The notes: generated from the sequence alone by a model not told the origin. Shown: positions 44,126 through 57,864, counted from the whole stretch's first letter. The stretch: DNA of 59,680 nt, filler included, from Sphacelaria rigidula (GCA_964200075.2; 7 parts of 7 records of this genome joined end to end with filler, not necessarily neighbours in it); one strand, 5' to 3'. Numbers and translations: made by a program.

Positions 44126-47100
44126 GATTGGAAAGCTGGTCTGTATCCATCCTTTTTTTCATGCGACGGGAAATAGGACAGGGCTAGCGTGAAACCATAA
44201 CTTCATGACAGGTGTCGTGGTCTGGCCGCGAGGTGATGCGGGAGTCACTCTCCAGGGGCACAGCAAGGGGTTGCAATAAGCAAACGGCCGGCCGTAATAA
44301 ATAGCTGCAGTCGAGTAGAACGAATCCAGCTCGTGGCACATAGACCCATGAGTCCTAACCAGCACTGCATCATGAGGGAAAACGTAGACTCACTTTCACG
44401 TGCAGAGAAGTGCTTTTGATTTGCTCACAAGCGCGATGTCTCCAAGTGGTGGCTTATAACTTTGGTTTTAGGCTTGGCTGCTGGGTAGCTATAACCGAAG
44501 TTGCTAGGTACCTGTAAGTTGTGGAGCGCCAGGGGCCCGGGTGGAGCACGCCAAATTGGAACACAACACCAATATGCGAATGGAATAAAACCTACTGCAC
44601 ATGCCACGCGCACTTCGAAACGCCTACTATCATACATGTACAGCCAATATCCGCCGTAACACCCCCCTCGCTTGCATTGTGCACGCTGCTCATGCAAGAC
44701 GAGGAAAGTCACCGCTCAATTCACTGAGGAAGTGATTAACTCAAGTCTCTATGCCATCAGCCTAATATGACGCCGACGACCAATAAACCGCAGAATTTCG
44801 TGGCTAGGGTTGACCGCGGGAAAAAATCGTCATGAAATCAGAAGATGGGCAAAACCTGGTATTCTGGGAAAAGCCTCATCGCTTGGGGGGAAAATCTCTC
44901 ATGCTCTTTCAGATCACAGCGACTGCTTTCGCATGTGCCATGTCTTCTTGGGATCTCAGTTAGACTGGAGAGCAGAAACCATCGAAAATAGAATGTAACT
45001 ATTTTGATAAAGTAACGGCGTTTAGGCACCCCTGATCGGTTACACCAATCCTGTCTAGTGTAGGACTCGCAAAGATCTGACCTACTAAAAATAACCCCAA
45101 GAAAGCCTTTACCGTTTGATGGGAGTGCTGCACGCATTTTCTCCTATCGACCAGTGACCGCTAACCTGCTGGACACTGGGGGACTACATCATAGATCAAC
45201 AGTTCAGTCACGATACAGTGTCCCAGCAGGTACTCAGTGCCCACTTTATCGTGCGATGCTGACGCATCAATAGTTCTACGTGGGAAGGGTGGGGCGCCCT
45301 AAAGTCGGATCGCCGTTCCTCGAGGATGAAGAAACGTGATGAACGGACCGGGTACCTGAAACAAAGGGTAGGATCAGGTCTAACAAAATCAAAAGAAAAA
45401 AACAAAATCTCCATGGAACGCACGTTCGGAAAAAAAACGAAAGAGCAGAGCACGATCGACCCCGCGAAAACGTGAAAAGGAAAAGAGAAACTGAAATACG
45501 GTGCTAGAGGACCAAACCGGGCCCGCAAAAAAGGGGGGGGGGAGCGAAAAAGGAAAACGAAACATGAAACAGAAGTAGAAATAACATCCCAGGTCCATGA
45601 TACGGGAAAAAAGAAAGTGCAACATGAGAACAAATGACAGAAGAACTGACATGAGAAAGAGGATTAAGTTCGACGGAAACAAGAGAAACGAAGACAGGAG
45701 AGGGGAAAATAACACATGGAATCTAGACCAGAGAAGAGAACAGAAAAAAAAAACTGAGGGCTTCAGGGGCAAATTCTCACCCGAAAAACAAAATCGAGGC
45801 AAACAAATCGAGGAAGACTGTCTAAAAAAGAAATCAAAACCAAACGTCAAAAAGTGAAGGAAGAAAAACGGAAACGATGACAAGATGTATAACCGAGCTC
45901 ATCATCAACGGGAAAATACGAGTGAAAACAGGCCTGAAAAGAGTAGGAAAAAGAAATACTGAACAGCTGTTTCAATGAGAAGAAAGAAACAGTACTGAAC
46001 TATTGCTCATTCCTAAAAAAATGAAAATAAGGGGGGAAAAGATGCTCGCTTCCGTAGTGCAGCACAAAATGGTGTCATACTCTCTTCTTCGTACAGTATG
46101 AATGTTTTCCTCTGCTTCGTGTGCTCTATGGATAGGCTCGCTCGTCTGGGCCACTTGTTGGAGCTCTCCACGTGAAGATGCCTCGCAGTCTCCGTCGTCA
46201 TGTCACTCTCCAGAAGCGTCTGCCGCCGTCGAAGACTTTCGCTTTCTGCTCAGTTTTGTCGAAATCCTCGCAGAGTGTGAAACTTATAAGGAACAAGTTC
46301 AGAGCATCACTGCGCGGCAGAAGAACATGGCATGCTCGGGCGGTACGGGATACTTGATGTCTTGGCTGCGTGGTGTAGATGCCGAAGGGCGTGGAATCCG
46401 TCCACACGTGGAAGCGTGAGGCTTTGCAGAACTTCGCTCCCTGGTAGCCACTCCGACATTGCTCCATCCTGGGCCTTTCCTCGCTTTTCCCAACCTAAAT
46501 GTTTTACCTCGATTTAGAATCACGCCGGTCTATCAGGGTGGGGAGGTAAGGTTTGGGTTAAAGGTTGGCGTCGCCTCGGAGTCTGGTGTGAAGGCAAACT
46601 AGGCGAACCCACCAGCGATTGAATATCTTAGGTGAGGCGGGTAACGAGATGCGGTTCGACCTATGGCGGACTATCTTGCGCGTACGTATTTTGTGCCCTT
46701 GCGTCACCACCTCCAGACCACGTGCCGTCATTGATCCTTGTCACATTCTCATGTACCATGTACTAGTGCTGCAGTTTCTTGCCGTTGCCATCCCCACCCG
46801 TTGAGATCTCACTCGGATCCATCACCAGTCTTACCTTTCATGCGTGCTGTTCGCGCTGTTCTACGAAAGCGTCCAATCGTATACTCGGTTCTGCTTGTTG
46901 TGAGATAGGTGCAAGTCAGCTTAGAGATGTGCGTGGTTTTGCGTCGACACGGCAACTCGGAGAGGGAAGAAGCAGCGTGTCAAGCAACGTGCGCTTGATT
47001 GAAAGAGGCAATGAGACGTGCTCACCCCACATGACGTCATGACTTGCAAAGCTTCGACAACATGTCCAGTAGCCATCCTTTTGGTCTTACGACTGCGTCC

Positions 47101-47849
47101 TGACCGCGTGGGACATCTGCCGCTTCGGAAAGCGATGTCCTCTTTCAGTCACCTGCATAAATGGGTGACTACCTCCACGCTAAACTCTTCGCCACTGTTC
47201 GGCGAATCTTTTTTGCGACACCGGAAGTTAGGTACACTCCGCAGGGGCACGGACCATTCCGTTGGCTTGTTTCGATGGCTGTTGAAAACCAAATGGGAAG
47301 CGGGAAGTGAGGTCAACTGCCCGGCAGATATATTTATGTGAATGCAACATTACCTCAATCGTTAGCAAGTTGATCATCTCGTCCCATGGGTCTACCGCAC
47401 GCCCGTACCTCATGACCGTTTGACGACTGCATGACCTCTTCGGCCTCCTATAATTGCATGACAGCACATCTTGCCTGATATATTTTGTCCTCGCTGACAA
47501 AAGGAAGCAGTCACGCGTCGTGGATAGGGTGACGCCTGCTGCTAAATTATCATGGAATATGTAAACGAGTGCTAATATATCGGCTATCATTCATGTTGGA
47601 ACCGTCGGCAGCTCCCCATCATCGACCCCCAGGTATCGCTTCTGTTTGGTACTTAGATTGCATTTCACCTCCCGTTTCGGCAGTCGCTCTTCCCTCAAGT
47701 CCGATCTTACCTGTTCTTCGCAAAGGGTCTCCCTGCTGGCGCTCAAATTGGATGCGTTAGTGAGGGTCTGCAGAGCACGATTATTTGCCACTGTGTCTAC
47801 CAGTCGGAGGTCTGCGGATGAACTACGCGTCTCCTCCCTCTCCCAATAA

Positions 47850-49340
47850 TTCGATATCTTAAAAGGAGTTGCCCCAGGATGGACATTACTACCCGCTTTA
47901 TTCAAGGTATTTTTCAATGACTTGATAATAGCAATAGAAGCAGCAGCAAAGCAAGGGATCAAGGTCGGTGAAGATGTGGTATCAGGATAGATGTTCGCGG
48001 ATGATTCTGTGGGGATTTCAGGGACACCAGAAGAACTACAGACACAGATAGCCAAGGTGCTAAAATACACTAGGAAATGGAGAATGGCAGTGAACGTCAA
48101 CAAATACGCGGTACTCGTCTGTAACGAAGATAAGAAAAGTCCGGCAGAGTTCAAATGGAAGTGGGGAGAAGCGGAACTGCTGGTCGTGGACCAGTATACA
48201 TACTTTGGCGTAGTAGAGATATCAAAAACCTGTTCTTCGGATGCACACATAAACAAAGCAATAGAAAAGGGTAAGGCACAGATAGGCAGGTTGGACGTGG
48301 TCCTCAGAGATCCGCACCTAGACACTAGGATAAAGAGATGTATCCTGATAAACGCGATCGTTCCAAAGCTGGAATATGTTGGGGAAATATGGGAGGGGAA
48401 CGTGCGAATGGTGGAGAGGTTGGAAATAGTACAGATGGCAGCAGCTACGAAAATACTTGGATGCTCGAAAACGACGAGTACCACAGTTTCGACAGCAGCG
48501 TTGGGAATTTACTTACTCAAACCAAACAGAGACATGAGGAAATTGCGATGGCAATATCGCGTAAAGAACATACAGAGAAAGATATTGCCAGCTATAGTTG
48601 ACAGGGCTGTATGGAAGAAGATTACGAAAGGGCGTGCTATGAGGTGGGATAGAGAAAGTGTGGAAGGAGATAAGAGGAAACCAAGACGAAACACTGTCCA
48701 TAGATGAAGACGCGGGGTACACGGCAAAATTAATAGGCATGATAGAAATAAGGGGAGAAGGAGCGCTCCGACGCAAGGTAGACGAGGAAGAACATCTGGA
48801 GATGTACGGGTGGTTGAGAGAGGGGATAAGGATGAAAGCATATTTGCACGGCCCAATGCGCGCTGCGAAAAATGTGAGATTGCGATTTCAGGTGGGGGAC
48901 CTGGACCTGCCAGAAAGAAGAGAGAGATATACCAGTCGTAGAAAAGAGGAGGAAGTGATGGACAGAACTGCCTCTGTGGAAAAGCAATAGAGAGCACAAG
49001 TTATACAGTGGCAGAATGCGAACTGTACAAGGAGGAGCGGGACGTGCTAGAGGGGGATATGCGGGACGAGAACGAAGGTGGCATGAAATCGTTTTGATGC
49101 ATTAGACAGTAGGGAGAAAACGATGGCTACACTAGGAGATAGATGGTGGCCACAGGCAGCGAAACAGGACGGGAATAAGATATGTAAAAGGGTTTTGTGT
49201 TATGTATGGGAGAAACGTAATGAGCGCCGGAATGTTGGAGGTGTCTCTTTAGGAGTAGGAACGGTACTTTGTTTCGAAAGGGATGCGTGGCCAATGATCA
49301 AATGACTAAGGTAAGCAACAAATTAGGACGCCCCCCCACC
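47850..49340 (+). mobile_element. 5'-truncated degenerate LINE (same family as 8907-10507)
   Basis: GVAPGWTLLPALFKVFFNDL, MFADDSVGIS, WRMAVNVNK, FKWKWGE..L.VVDQYTYFG and KILGCSKTTS. The 3' tail gggatgcgtggccaatgatc...gcaacaaattaggacg ends in a C-run. Confidence 0.9.
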
Positions 49341-51242
49341 TTCACCTCTACAGTACTGGACGGTCTAACCGTCAGATTTTTGTAGTGTTTTTGTTTTCAT
49401 AGTGATATAGTATCAGTTGTGCGAAATATATGCTTGCGCCGCAATTTTCGGCAGAAGATGGCATGCACTCGATCGCGGATATCTCCGAGTAGAGATATGG
49501 GCCAGCCTGGAGGAAGATATCTCGTGATAGACCATGCCGTGGGGCAGCTGCTAAGCGTTGCCGACAGGGGAAAGGCGATCGTGTCATCGAGCACGGTGTG
49601 GTGAACGAAGTTGAACAAGACATGACGAACCTCCTGCGGCAAGGTGGACGCTTGTCACGCGATCAGCGCGACGAGGCGGCGGATCCGAGTCACTACAGTA
49701 GAAGATGATACTTGCATGTGCTTGCGAGGAACCATTGCTACATTACTGCAGTTACGGATTGGCAAACGGAGGCTTGACGCCCACGAACGAGGGAAATAAA
49801 CATCGGGGGTAGGGGGCGAAAACAGAGCCGTTACCCTACCGCCGGCAGGGGGTCCCACAAGGGCAGCTGGCTCTATTTGGGTTACACGATTCCAGGAGGC
49901 ACGTGCGCCACGGTGCAGGCGTGCCGGAAGGTGCAGTCGCCGGTATTTTGTGGCACAGTGTGTGGGGTCAGCATATCACGCAAAAAGAAGCAGTCTAATC
50001 GCGTCCGCGGCGGCTGGCAACACGAGATCTGGGCACATACCGGGTCGATCCATCTGCGTCAGACAAGCGGCGGGATTTTTGAGGTACGAATCACCCCACC
50101 TAGCCATGTGCTTCTCTGTTCGCCGGCATGGCTAAGTTTTCGGGGCTCCACCCTCGGCGGCAAACGCCGGCTAAACAAAGACCTGTGACAGTTATGAAAC
50201 GGGACTAGGCAGTTGGAAGCAAATAATACTGTGTACAGAGTCCGCATTCCGGAGGTGTTCGCGGCGGCCATCGTGCACTGTGAGGTTAAAACCGTTGGCC
50301 ACATGCCGGGATAATGAACGTGCTGCCAGGCATACCACCCCAGCAAAACCTAACGTTAAGTACGCTCCCAGGTCTGTATCAGAGACAGGCCTATATCAGA
50401 GACATACAGCAGGCTGTATGTTCGACCCTTCCTGTCAATTGTCCACCCCATCGATCGTGCAGACCAACAGCGGCCGGCGGGTACAAACCCCCCATCAAGT
50501 GTCCGCATTATCACCGTCTGTACTGGATGCTAACGTCCCACCTCGCCTGCGCCAACATGCGGCACAGTGCCGGTAGCCTCGTGCACTAGGTATGTCGCAT
50601 ACGAGGGCAGACACTACCACGACTACCCACAATGGCCTTTCGCTACTGACCTTCACTCCATATGCACCACCTCGCCGCTGAGACGTCCAGCATCAAAGTA
50701 AACTGTACTGCCATAATGCAACTCCATGCCATCACGGTAGAAAACACCCCTCTGTCGAAAATGGCCATTATCTACGCCGCACACAGCCCTCCACTCTCAC
50801 GCACATCCCGTCGCCGCACCCGCCCTTACGGCACCGGCGACCACAACCCTCCGCACATCCCCGCACACACAACATCGACAGTTGCGACCCGCACACAGCA
50901 AACGTGGGCACAAGGAATGACCGACACGCGTATGACCACGCCCGAACAGACACACGCGGGAACTCCAAACCGTAAATACCGCGCGCCGCGGCGATAATCG
51001 CTCGTCAACCTCGCGCCGACACTCCCGGCTAAACTATACTTAGGGATCCCGGCACACAATCCCCCCTCTCTACAGTGTTACGCTCCTCAGAATGCACGAT
51101 AACCAGACCCAAAAGTATGACGGGGTTCAACACCCCCATGTNNNNNNNNNNNNNNNNNNNNNNNNNNNNNNNNNNNNNNNNNNNNTTAATTAATTAANNN
51201 NNNNNNNNNNNNNNNNNNNNNNNNNNNNNNNNNNNNNNNNNC

Positions 51243-51315
51243 CCGGCATTGTAGGGATGCGAGGTCAATGGTCTTATGACTATGGCAAGCATGATCATGA
51301 GTACACCCCCCCCCT
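51243..51315 (+). repeat. LINE-type 3' tail (type B) ending in oligo-C
   Basis: gggatgcgaggtcaatggtcttatgactatggcaagcatgatcatgagtacaccccccccc matches the copies at 8578 and 8851. Confidence 0.75.
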
Positions 51316-51328
51316 TCTTGCGCGGTAG

Positions 51329-52966
51329 GTCCTCAACACGCTCATGCATGTCCACGTCAGCACGGACATCACCCACGGCGATGTGGCAGAGCATAATATC
51401 GTCTACACGAAGGGCGCCACACCCGATGGCACCCCCAGGATACTGGCCACCCTCGTTGACTTCGGGAACGCGGCCTTCAAGGATGTGAGTTCACTTGGTG
51501 CCTCCGCCGAAGATCGCGAGTGCGGCCGGTATTGGCTCGACGCAATTCCCTCGAGTGTAGTGATAATCAATCGCAGAGGAGTCATGCTGTGTGCAGAACC
51601 AGTGCCTTTGCACGACACGGTAGCGGCTTCATCGCCTTCTTGTACAAAACAGAGGGCCAACCCACCATGTCCCCAATATCGCACTCCCACTGCACGGTAC
51701 GCACGATGCGACGCATGTTTGCATGTCTGAGATGGCCAAGCAGTTCTCCATATCGTGCCACCAAACCCTTGCCATGACCAACAACGTATTTATCACCGCG
51801 ATCCCTGCCTCTGTTTATCTTTCCATGATCTGTTGCTAGGATAACGGCACATTCCCAATCCCCGAGCGGATCACGAAGAGCACAGTTGATCCGCTGGTGG
51901 TGAGTACGTACTGCATGAAGTGTGGTGTTTGCGGAGTGCAAAAGAGCGCCATGTCTGATTGCATGCTCTTGTTCGGCCTTGTACTAGGAATACTGCCAAC
52001 GGTAAAGCCGTTGTGCTGCATGTATGTAATACAGAACTTTGATTCTATCGCAGGTTCCGCGCCAAGTTTCGAGTCAGGTCTTGTTTTCTGTTGGCGGCCT
52101 GCACGCCTCTGCTGGAGGGAACACCGGTCAAAACACAATTCCCACCATTCTGATTTCGTACACTTTTTGTGTTATACACACACCTCATGAGAAAGGAGGC
52201 CAACGTGCTTGCCATTTCTTTGTCGCGGTGTTGCAAGTGATGATGGATGGTTCCATGGGTTGCTTGCTTACGCCATTCGGTCCTATCTGCTTCTCCGTCG
52301 TGACCTGGGTAGTATATGATGAACACCGCGAGGAGGAGCGAGGCATTTTCGGGGGACCAGTTTGCCTCGTTCGGCAAAGATGGCTGGAAGACGGACGCGT
52401 ACGCTGTGGGGGTGATGATCGCCGAGTTCAAAGGGTGGAGGATCCACCACTTGACCGGTTTCCTGAAGAAGAGGCCGAGAGGCCTGAGCAGGACAGACAA
52501 ATGTGAGTCCCGCACGCGTGCTCCGAACGTACCACGTCATCCGGTCTTCTTCGAGAGGTGGTCAGAAGGCTATCGGTACACCAAGCTCCCTAAGTGGAGA
52601 AGTGTAGGAGTAGTTCATCAATGGATTCTCACATTTTTCAGTCGAAGATATTCGCTCGTGAGGAGCCTGCCTCCCAACGCAAACTATGGTGCTGCTTGCG
52701 TCCTGGATTTTCCAACGAAATATTAATGAGATTCACAAACGGATTTGGTCATCCCCTGTCTCGATTTCTCGACAGCAGTGAAGTAGCCGTCATTGTTTGA
52801 ATATCGCGTTCACGTATTTCGCTTCTTTTTCACGGGCGATTCGTCATTTTCCATTGGAAGTGCGAGACTCGGTAGGCACGAGTGAATGAGCCAGGTCGTT
52901 GACGGGAAACATTTCTCGATGTTGTGTTGTCGAGTAACACGGTGTAAAATCCTGGTTTGGCGGGGT

Positions 52967-52997
<31 letters not shown>

Positions 52998-55321
52998 TTT
53001 CGTGGGGGTGGTCCGAGGACTGGTGGGTGCCCCCGCCCGAACAGCGGGCGGCNNNNNNNNNNGGGTGTGGGGGGGGGGGGGGGGGGGTGGGGTGGGGGTG
53101 GGGGGGGGGGGGGGGGGGGTGGGGCGGTGGGGGTTACTCACGGTATTGCATGCCGTAGTCATACAGCCGTTGACTTCGCATCCCTGTAAAGCCGGTGCGG
53201 AGCACGCCGGGTTTTCGCAGGACCAGATTCGTGATCAATTAGCAAGCCCGAAGCGCTATGACGTGTTCGGCGAGTTGCAGTAAGGGTGAGCTGCATCCTG
53301 CTGAGATTGTTCGGCCCGAAGCGTACTGGTCATCTTGCATATGGATAACAGCCTCCAATGGGTTGCTTGATTTCTGGTATCGCTTCTTCCAGAGACAGCC
53401 ATCGGTTCCACACTGTCTCACGAGTGTCTCACCATTTACGTCCCCCGTAGTACGACCATCCCCCTTGCGCGGAGTTGAGGTTCTCCACCCCCGACACAAG
53501 ATGATCTAGCTCGACTAGTATTATGGTTACCGCAAAAAAACGTAAGCGAGAAAAATATCGGTAACCTGGTTGCCCAACTTACGCAATGAGGGACGTATTT
53601 TTTAGCGTCATTGCCAACCGACGCCAACCGCTGAAAGGGAGTCCGGTTTGGGGGGCGGAGATACTTACCGTATTTGGCTCGAAAATACGTTTGCTCGATC
53701 GTAGCACAACAAATATCTAGCAATATAGAAGTGCACCGTAGGATTATTCACTACAACGGTGGGAAGTGGTTCATCGAGCGAAGTATCGAAGAACCAGAGC
53801 CTAGGACTGTATACTTGTACGGTCCCGGCGATCGGTTAGCCTGTGAGTTGTTTAAAACTAACCGTTGAAGTATATTTGTTGGCGGAGAGTCGTATCAAGT
53901 GCTGATATATCTCGATTCCTATTTTTTGGATTTACACGTGTACTGCGATGAGTCTTGGTAACCGGGACACCTCAAGGGATCCCTTTCAATTAAAAATTTT
54001 TGCTTCACATTTGGACTTCTGTGGTGCCCCGCTCCCAACATGCGCTCCTCGGCTGCCCGTTGCCCCACACACCCGGTCGCTTTGTTCCTTCGACAGATCT
54101 GTTCAGGCTCGTTTCTCACCTTCTAGCGGAAAAGACGGCAGCGCGCTGGAGTGTAGCCGACGTGTCGCGCTGCGATTATTACCTGGTGCGTACTGCCGTA
54201 ACAATATACGGCATGGAAGGTGCTGCTTGTTAGGTATCTATTCATGCCCGCTTTGCGCCGTGACCCACGGCAGGGTGTGCCGCTATACAACAAGCTGTCT
54301 GCAAGGTGTCTCACCATTTCGAGATTCTAAGCAGTGCGTGTGCATTCTATATCCGTGGTACGATATCGAAAGTTCAGAGGCCAACTAACTGCTTATCGCT
54401 CCCCGGCCATGCTCTTTGTTTCCCGCGTCGCTTCGCCCGGAGCAGGACTGGTGCCAACGCACGAAGAGCGGCGTCCGGAAGGTTACCCGGGAACTACCGC
54501 GTGAAGTTGGTGCAAACGCGGCAGCCGCAGCCTTGGGAGTGGCGGCGGCACCCGGCCCCGACCCACCCGCCACCGAGGGTGTAGCCGGCCCCGAAGCGCC
54601 AGGGGGACTCAGTCGAACGGTATTGAGAGTGGGATTCCGTGGTGGTGGAGAGAACAGTGGCGGGAGCAGACTCAACGACAGGGAAGAGCGTGCCACAGCG
54701 CAGGATGTGGGCACGGCCGCACCGACAGGAGGGGAGGCGGTGCGTAGGAATCCTTCACGTGCCGCGCGAAAAGAGCAGAGTGCCGCCGCAGCACCCGCAA
54801 CATCGGCGGTCGAGTCGAAGAGGAGGGGCCGCCGTGCGGATGGAGAAGGAGGCGGAGAAAGCCGAAGGACGAAACGCCGTCGAGGATCGACAGAAGAAAG
54901 GGCAGCAGCGGCGGCTGCGGCGACCACCACATCAGCGGAAGACTTCCGAGCAGAGAACAGCGGCGGGCGCCTAAGCCCACAGCACGTTACTCGTGTGACC
55001 CGTTCAGTGACGAGGATGCGCCAAGCTCAGGAATTGGGCGGAGAAGGAGGAGTGGCGGTGGCCGCGGCGGCGGCGGCGGCGACGGCGACCCCCACATCGC
55101 CGGAAGACCTTCGAGCAGGGAACAGCGGTGGGCGCCAAGTGGCAATGCGCGTTACTCGTGTGACCCGTTCGGTGACGAGGATGCGCCAAGCTCAGGGACC
55201 GAGCGAAGCAGTAGGAGCGGCGGAAGGAGGAAGAGGAGCGGCAGCGGCGGCGGCAGGGGCGGCAGCGGCAAGCCCCGTGATGCCGGAGAGCTTGGGAGCT
55301 ATACCACCGGCACAGGAAACG
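51329..55321 (+). CDS. Atypical protein kinase (subdomains VIa-XI) with an Ala/Gly/Arg-rich C-terminal tail, partial multi-exon gene
   Basis: Phase-consistent exons: 51329-51484 (VLNTLMHVH..ITHGDVAEHNIV..LVDFGNA), 51840-51899, 52313-52502 (KTDAYAVGVMIAEF), 53192-53279, 53742-53834, 54107-54185 (LVSHLL....ARWSVADV, subdomain XI-like) and 54446-55321. The N-lobe is outside the contig. Acceptors of the later exons and the 3' end are less certain. Confidence 0.75.
53085..53196 (-). repeat. LINE-type 3' tail (type B), antisense, with a long C-rich end
   Basis: Reverse complement reads ccggctttacagggatgcgaagtcaacggctgtatgactacggcatgcaataccgtgagtaaccccc, followed by C-runs. Confidence 0.7.
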
Positions 55322-56470
55322 GTGCGTGGGTGGATTTCCACTGTTGTACAAGCGCATGTTTGGAGCATAGAGACCGTGATACAATGTGCCCTGTCACTCA
55401 CGCATTGGCAAGTTCTTGCTGTCTTTCTTTTAACCTTCATATCGATCGTCTAAAGGGGATTCCACCGTGTACTTCCTTCCTTTAGTAACTTCGTGGTTCT
55501 TGCTGATCAAATCGTGCAGCTCGTTCTAGTGAGTGACTGCCGCTTCACGCGACCCCGTAACTTTCACCGTACTGTTGAGTTTGTTACATAATCTCCTCCA
55601 ACTTACCGTTCCACGTGCTTAGCTGGCAGTCTGTTTCAGCTCCAAGGTGGCTTGTAAATCGCCCAGCACAATGCTCGTTTCCTCTCGTCCCTCGTCCCTG
55701 ACCCACCGCATCCCCATTTCTGATCCAAGCCGTTCCAGTACGATTGGGTACTTCGAACCCCGATACAGATTTTTGCACCAAGCCGGTTTCCTCCTCAACT
55801 TTGTTGACCTGAGAGCGGAAAGGTCTTCCTCCTTGTATGTTCCCACAGTGGGGCAGTCACTGGTTAAAGGTAACGTTGAGAAGCGGGCACAAAGAGGACG
55901 ACGAGGTCTGGAAGCGGGAATTATAGCAGGGCAGACGCGGGCGGGAGCTTACGGCGCAGCCACGCTTTGTACCGGATTTGTCAACCCCGTTTCGAGTACA
56001 TACGATGGCTGCCATCGAGACATGAGCAGTTGGTATGTACACATCTCATCCGCCGGTTACTTTTGCCCGCTGCGCACGTGGTCGTCCACCAACAATTGGA
56101 AGGAGAAAAGTGTTGCTGTACAAACGGGATCGGTAAACGGCAGCGGGCGAGATGACTATTGAACTCTACCAATTTCGGTAGCTTTGCCTCTTCATTGCGC
56201 GGCACCTTCGTCATGTCCCCCCCCCCCCTCTCCCGTGTCCCCTCGCCTGCCATCCGTCGGCCGTTCTCAGGGGACAAGGAGTCGGTTGCGGGTAGAGACG
56301 CGGGCGCGAAAACGATTGAAGATTGGTTGAGGACGCAGCCGCCCACATCGTCGGCGACGTGAGTGTCCTGTTTGATCGCGTTGACCTTATATACCGTTCT
56401 CCGATAGTACTTGGTTTTGAGGGGGGGGTTTTGTTGTTGCCGTGGTGTGGGGTAGGCATCTTCAACCCCT

Positions 56471-56773
56471 CCAAGAGGCGCTCGGGCATGACTTAATCCG
56501 AATAAGTTCGACCTAAAATTCTGAAAATAGTATTTGTTGTGGTTGGAACATTTCTATCGACACCGTCATCAGAGCTTTGAGAAGCAAAGGGAGGCGAAAA
56601 AAAAGGAGGAATTAACGATAGACCAAGAGGCGCTCGGGCATGACTTAATACGAATAAGTTCGACCTAAAATTCTGAAAATAGTGTTTGTTGTGGTTGGAA
56701 CATTTCTATCGACACCGTCATCAGAGCTTTTAGAAGCAAAGAGAGGCGAAAAAAAAAGAGGAATTAACGATAG
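56471..56773 (+). repeat. Tandem duplication, 152-bp period, two near-identical copies
   Basis: ccaagaggcgctcgggcatgacttaat starts at 56471 and at 56623, and both copies end ggaattaacgataga. Confidence 0.92.
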
Positions 56774-57864
56774 AGTCGGCTCATACATTACAAGTAGTAT
56801 GCGTGATGCTGCTCTTGTAAAACAACAGCTGAACAAGACACGGCGAGGCATCTAGGTATTTAACAACGAACTCAATTTTGGTGGAGAACGACCCGGGTCA
56901 ATCCAATCGAGAACCCTCGCTTATGCCCCCCCCCCACCCCCATCCCCCCAGTTTGAAAACCGACATGTGATGGATGCAAGTCGTGTGTATAGCCCCCGTG
57001 TACATGCGCTTGAATTTTGAAGTCACCATTTGCAGTGCATGGGGGAAAAGACTGTCTCTTGAGCGGTTGTCTTGGAAACAGTGTATACTGCAGATATTTT
57101 AGTCTATAATAGGATGGAAATCTCGTGGAATGCTTCATGCTTTCTGTCATCCGAAAACCGTGGCTGGGCTTGTTCGAAAGCTGTGGTCAGAGGCTCCTAG
57201 AAAGTTCGAAAGTGTCCCCTGCCGGGGTCAGGGCATGTTCCGAAATAGAGAAAAAACGGACTCTTCAGGCTTGTCCTCGTTTGAAACTAGACGAATTTTT
57301 CAAGGTCCCTCAACTCCGGCAGGAAACGTGTTTGAATTTTCTGATAACACTCTGACCCCAACTTTCCAAGAACGCCACCCACGATATTTGAGGTGACAAG
57401 AAAAGTGAGATAATATCCAAGCCGCTCTGTACAGGGATTTTTGTGGGTGATTCCACAATATCACATCTGCACATTACCCTCATTGATGTGTGACCACCCC
57501 CGCCTCCACCACCGGAGATGTAATCGTTCCATCCCCTCCGCAAACATGCTCAGCCATTTCCGCGTGACGTTGCGGCTTGTCACATGCGCGTGACGATTAT
57601 CTTTGACAACGTGAAAAACATCACCGCAACGTACGCACAGCAAGCACCCTTTCGGTTTATAAAGTTCGTACCGTCCCTACACGTCGCCATCGGCGGAAGT
57701 GGAGGGGGTGTTATTCGCCGTGTTTTTCCATCCGCCCGTGGAGTCCGATACCCCTGAGCACTTGACAAGTATTACTATAACAGAACGTCTACCCCGTGCC
57801 AGATTGGTTGGCGCTGCCCCCCCTCCTCCCCGCCTGGGCGAATGAAGTCGTCCACCGGTGGTCA

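Noticed and set aside
45208-45883. Phe-rich ORFs resembling membrane proteins
   Set aside because: They are translations of an A-rich low-complexity tract.
52830-53283. Poly-Pro and poly-Gly ORFs
   Set aside because: They come from G homopolymer runs around a small N gap, partly the C-rich tail of an antisense retroelement end.
55584-56362. Further kinase exons or a convergent minus-strand gene
   Set aside because: Several open frames occur on both strands, but I could not build a phase-consistent or recognisable model.
56540-56750. Hammerhead ribozyme in the 152-bp tandem repeat (minus-strand CTGATGA...GAAA)
   Set aside because: The segment between CTGATGA and GAAA cannot form stem II, and I found no matching stem III/NUH.
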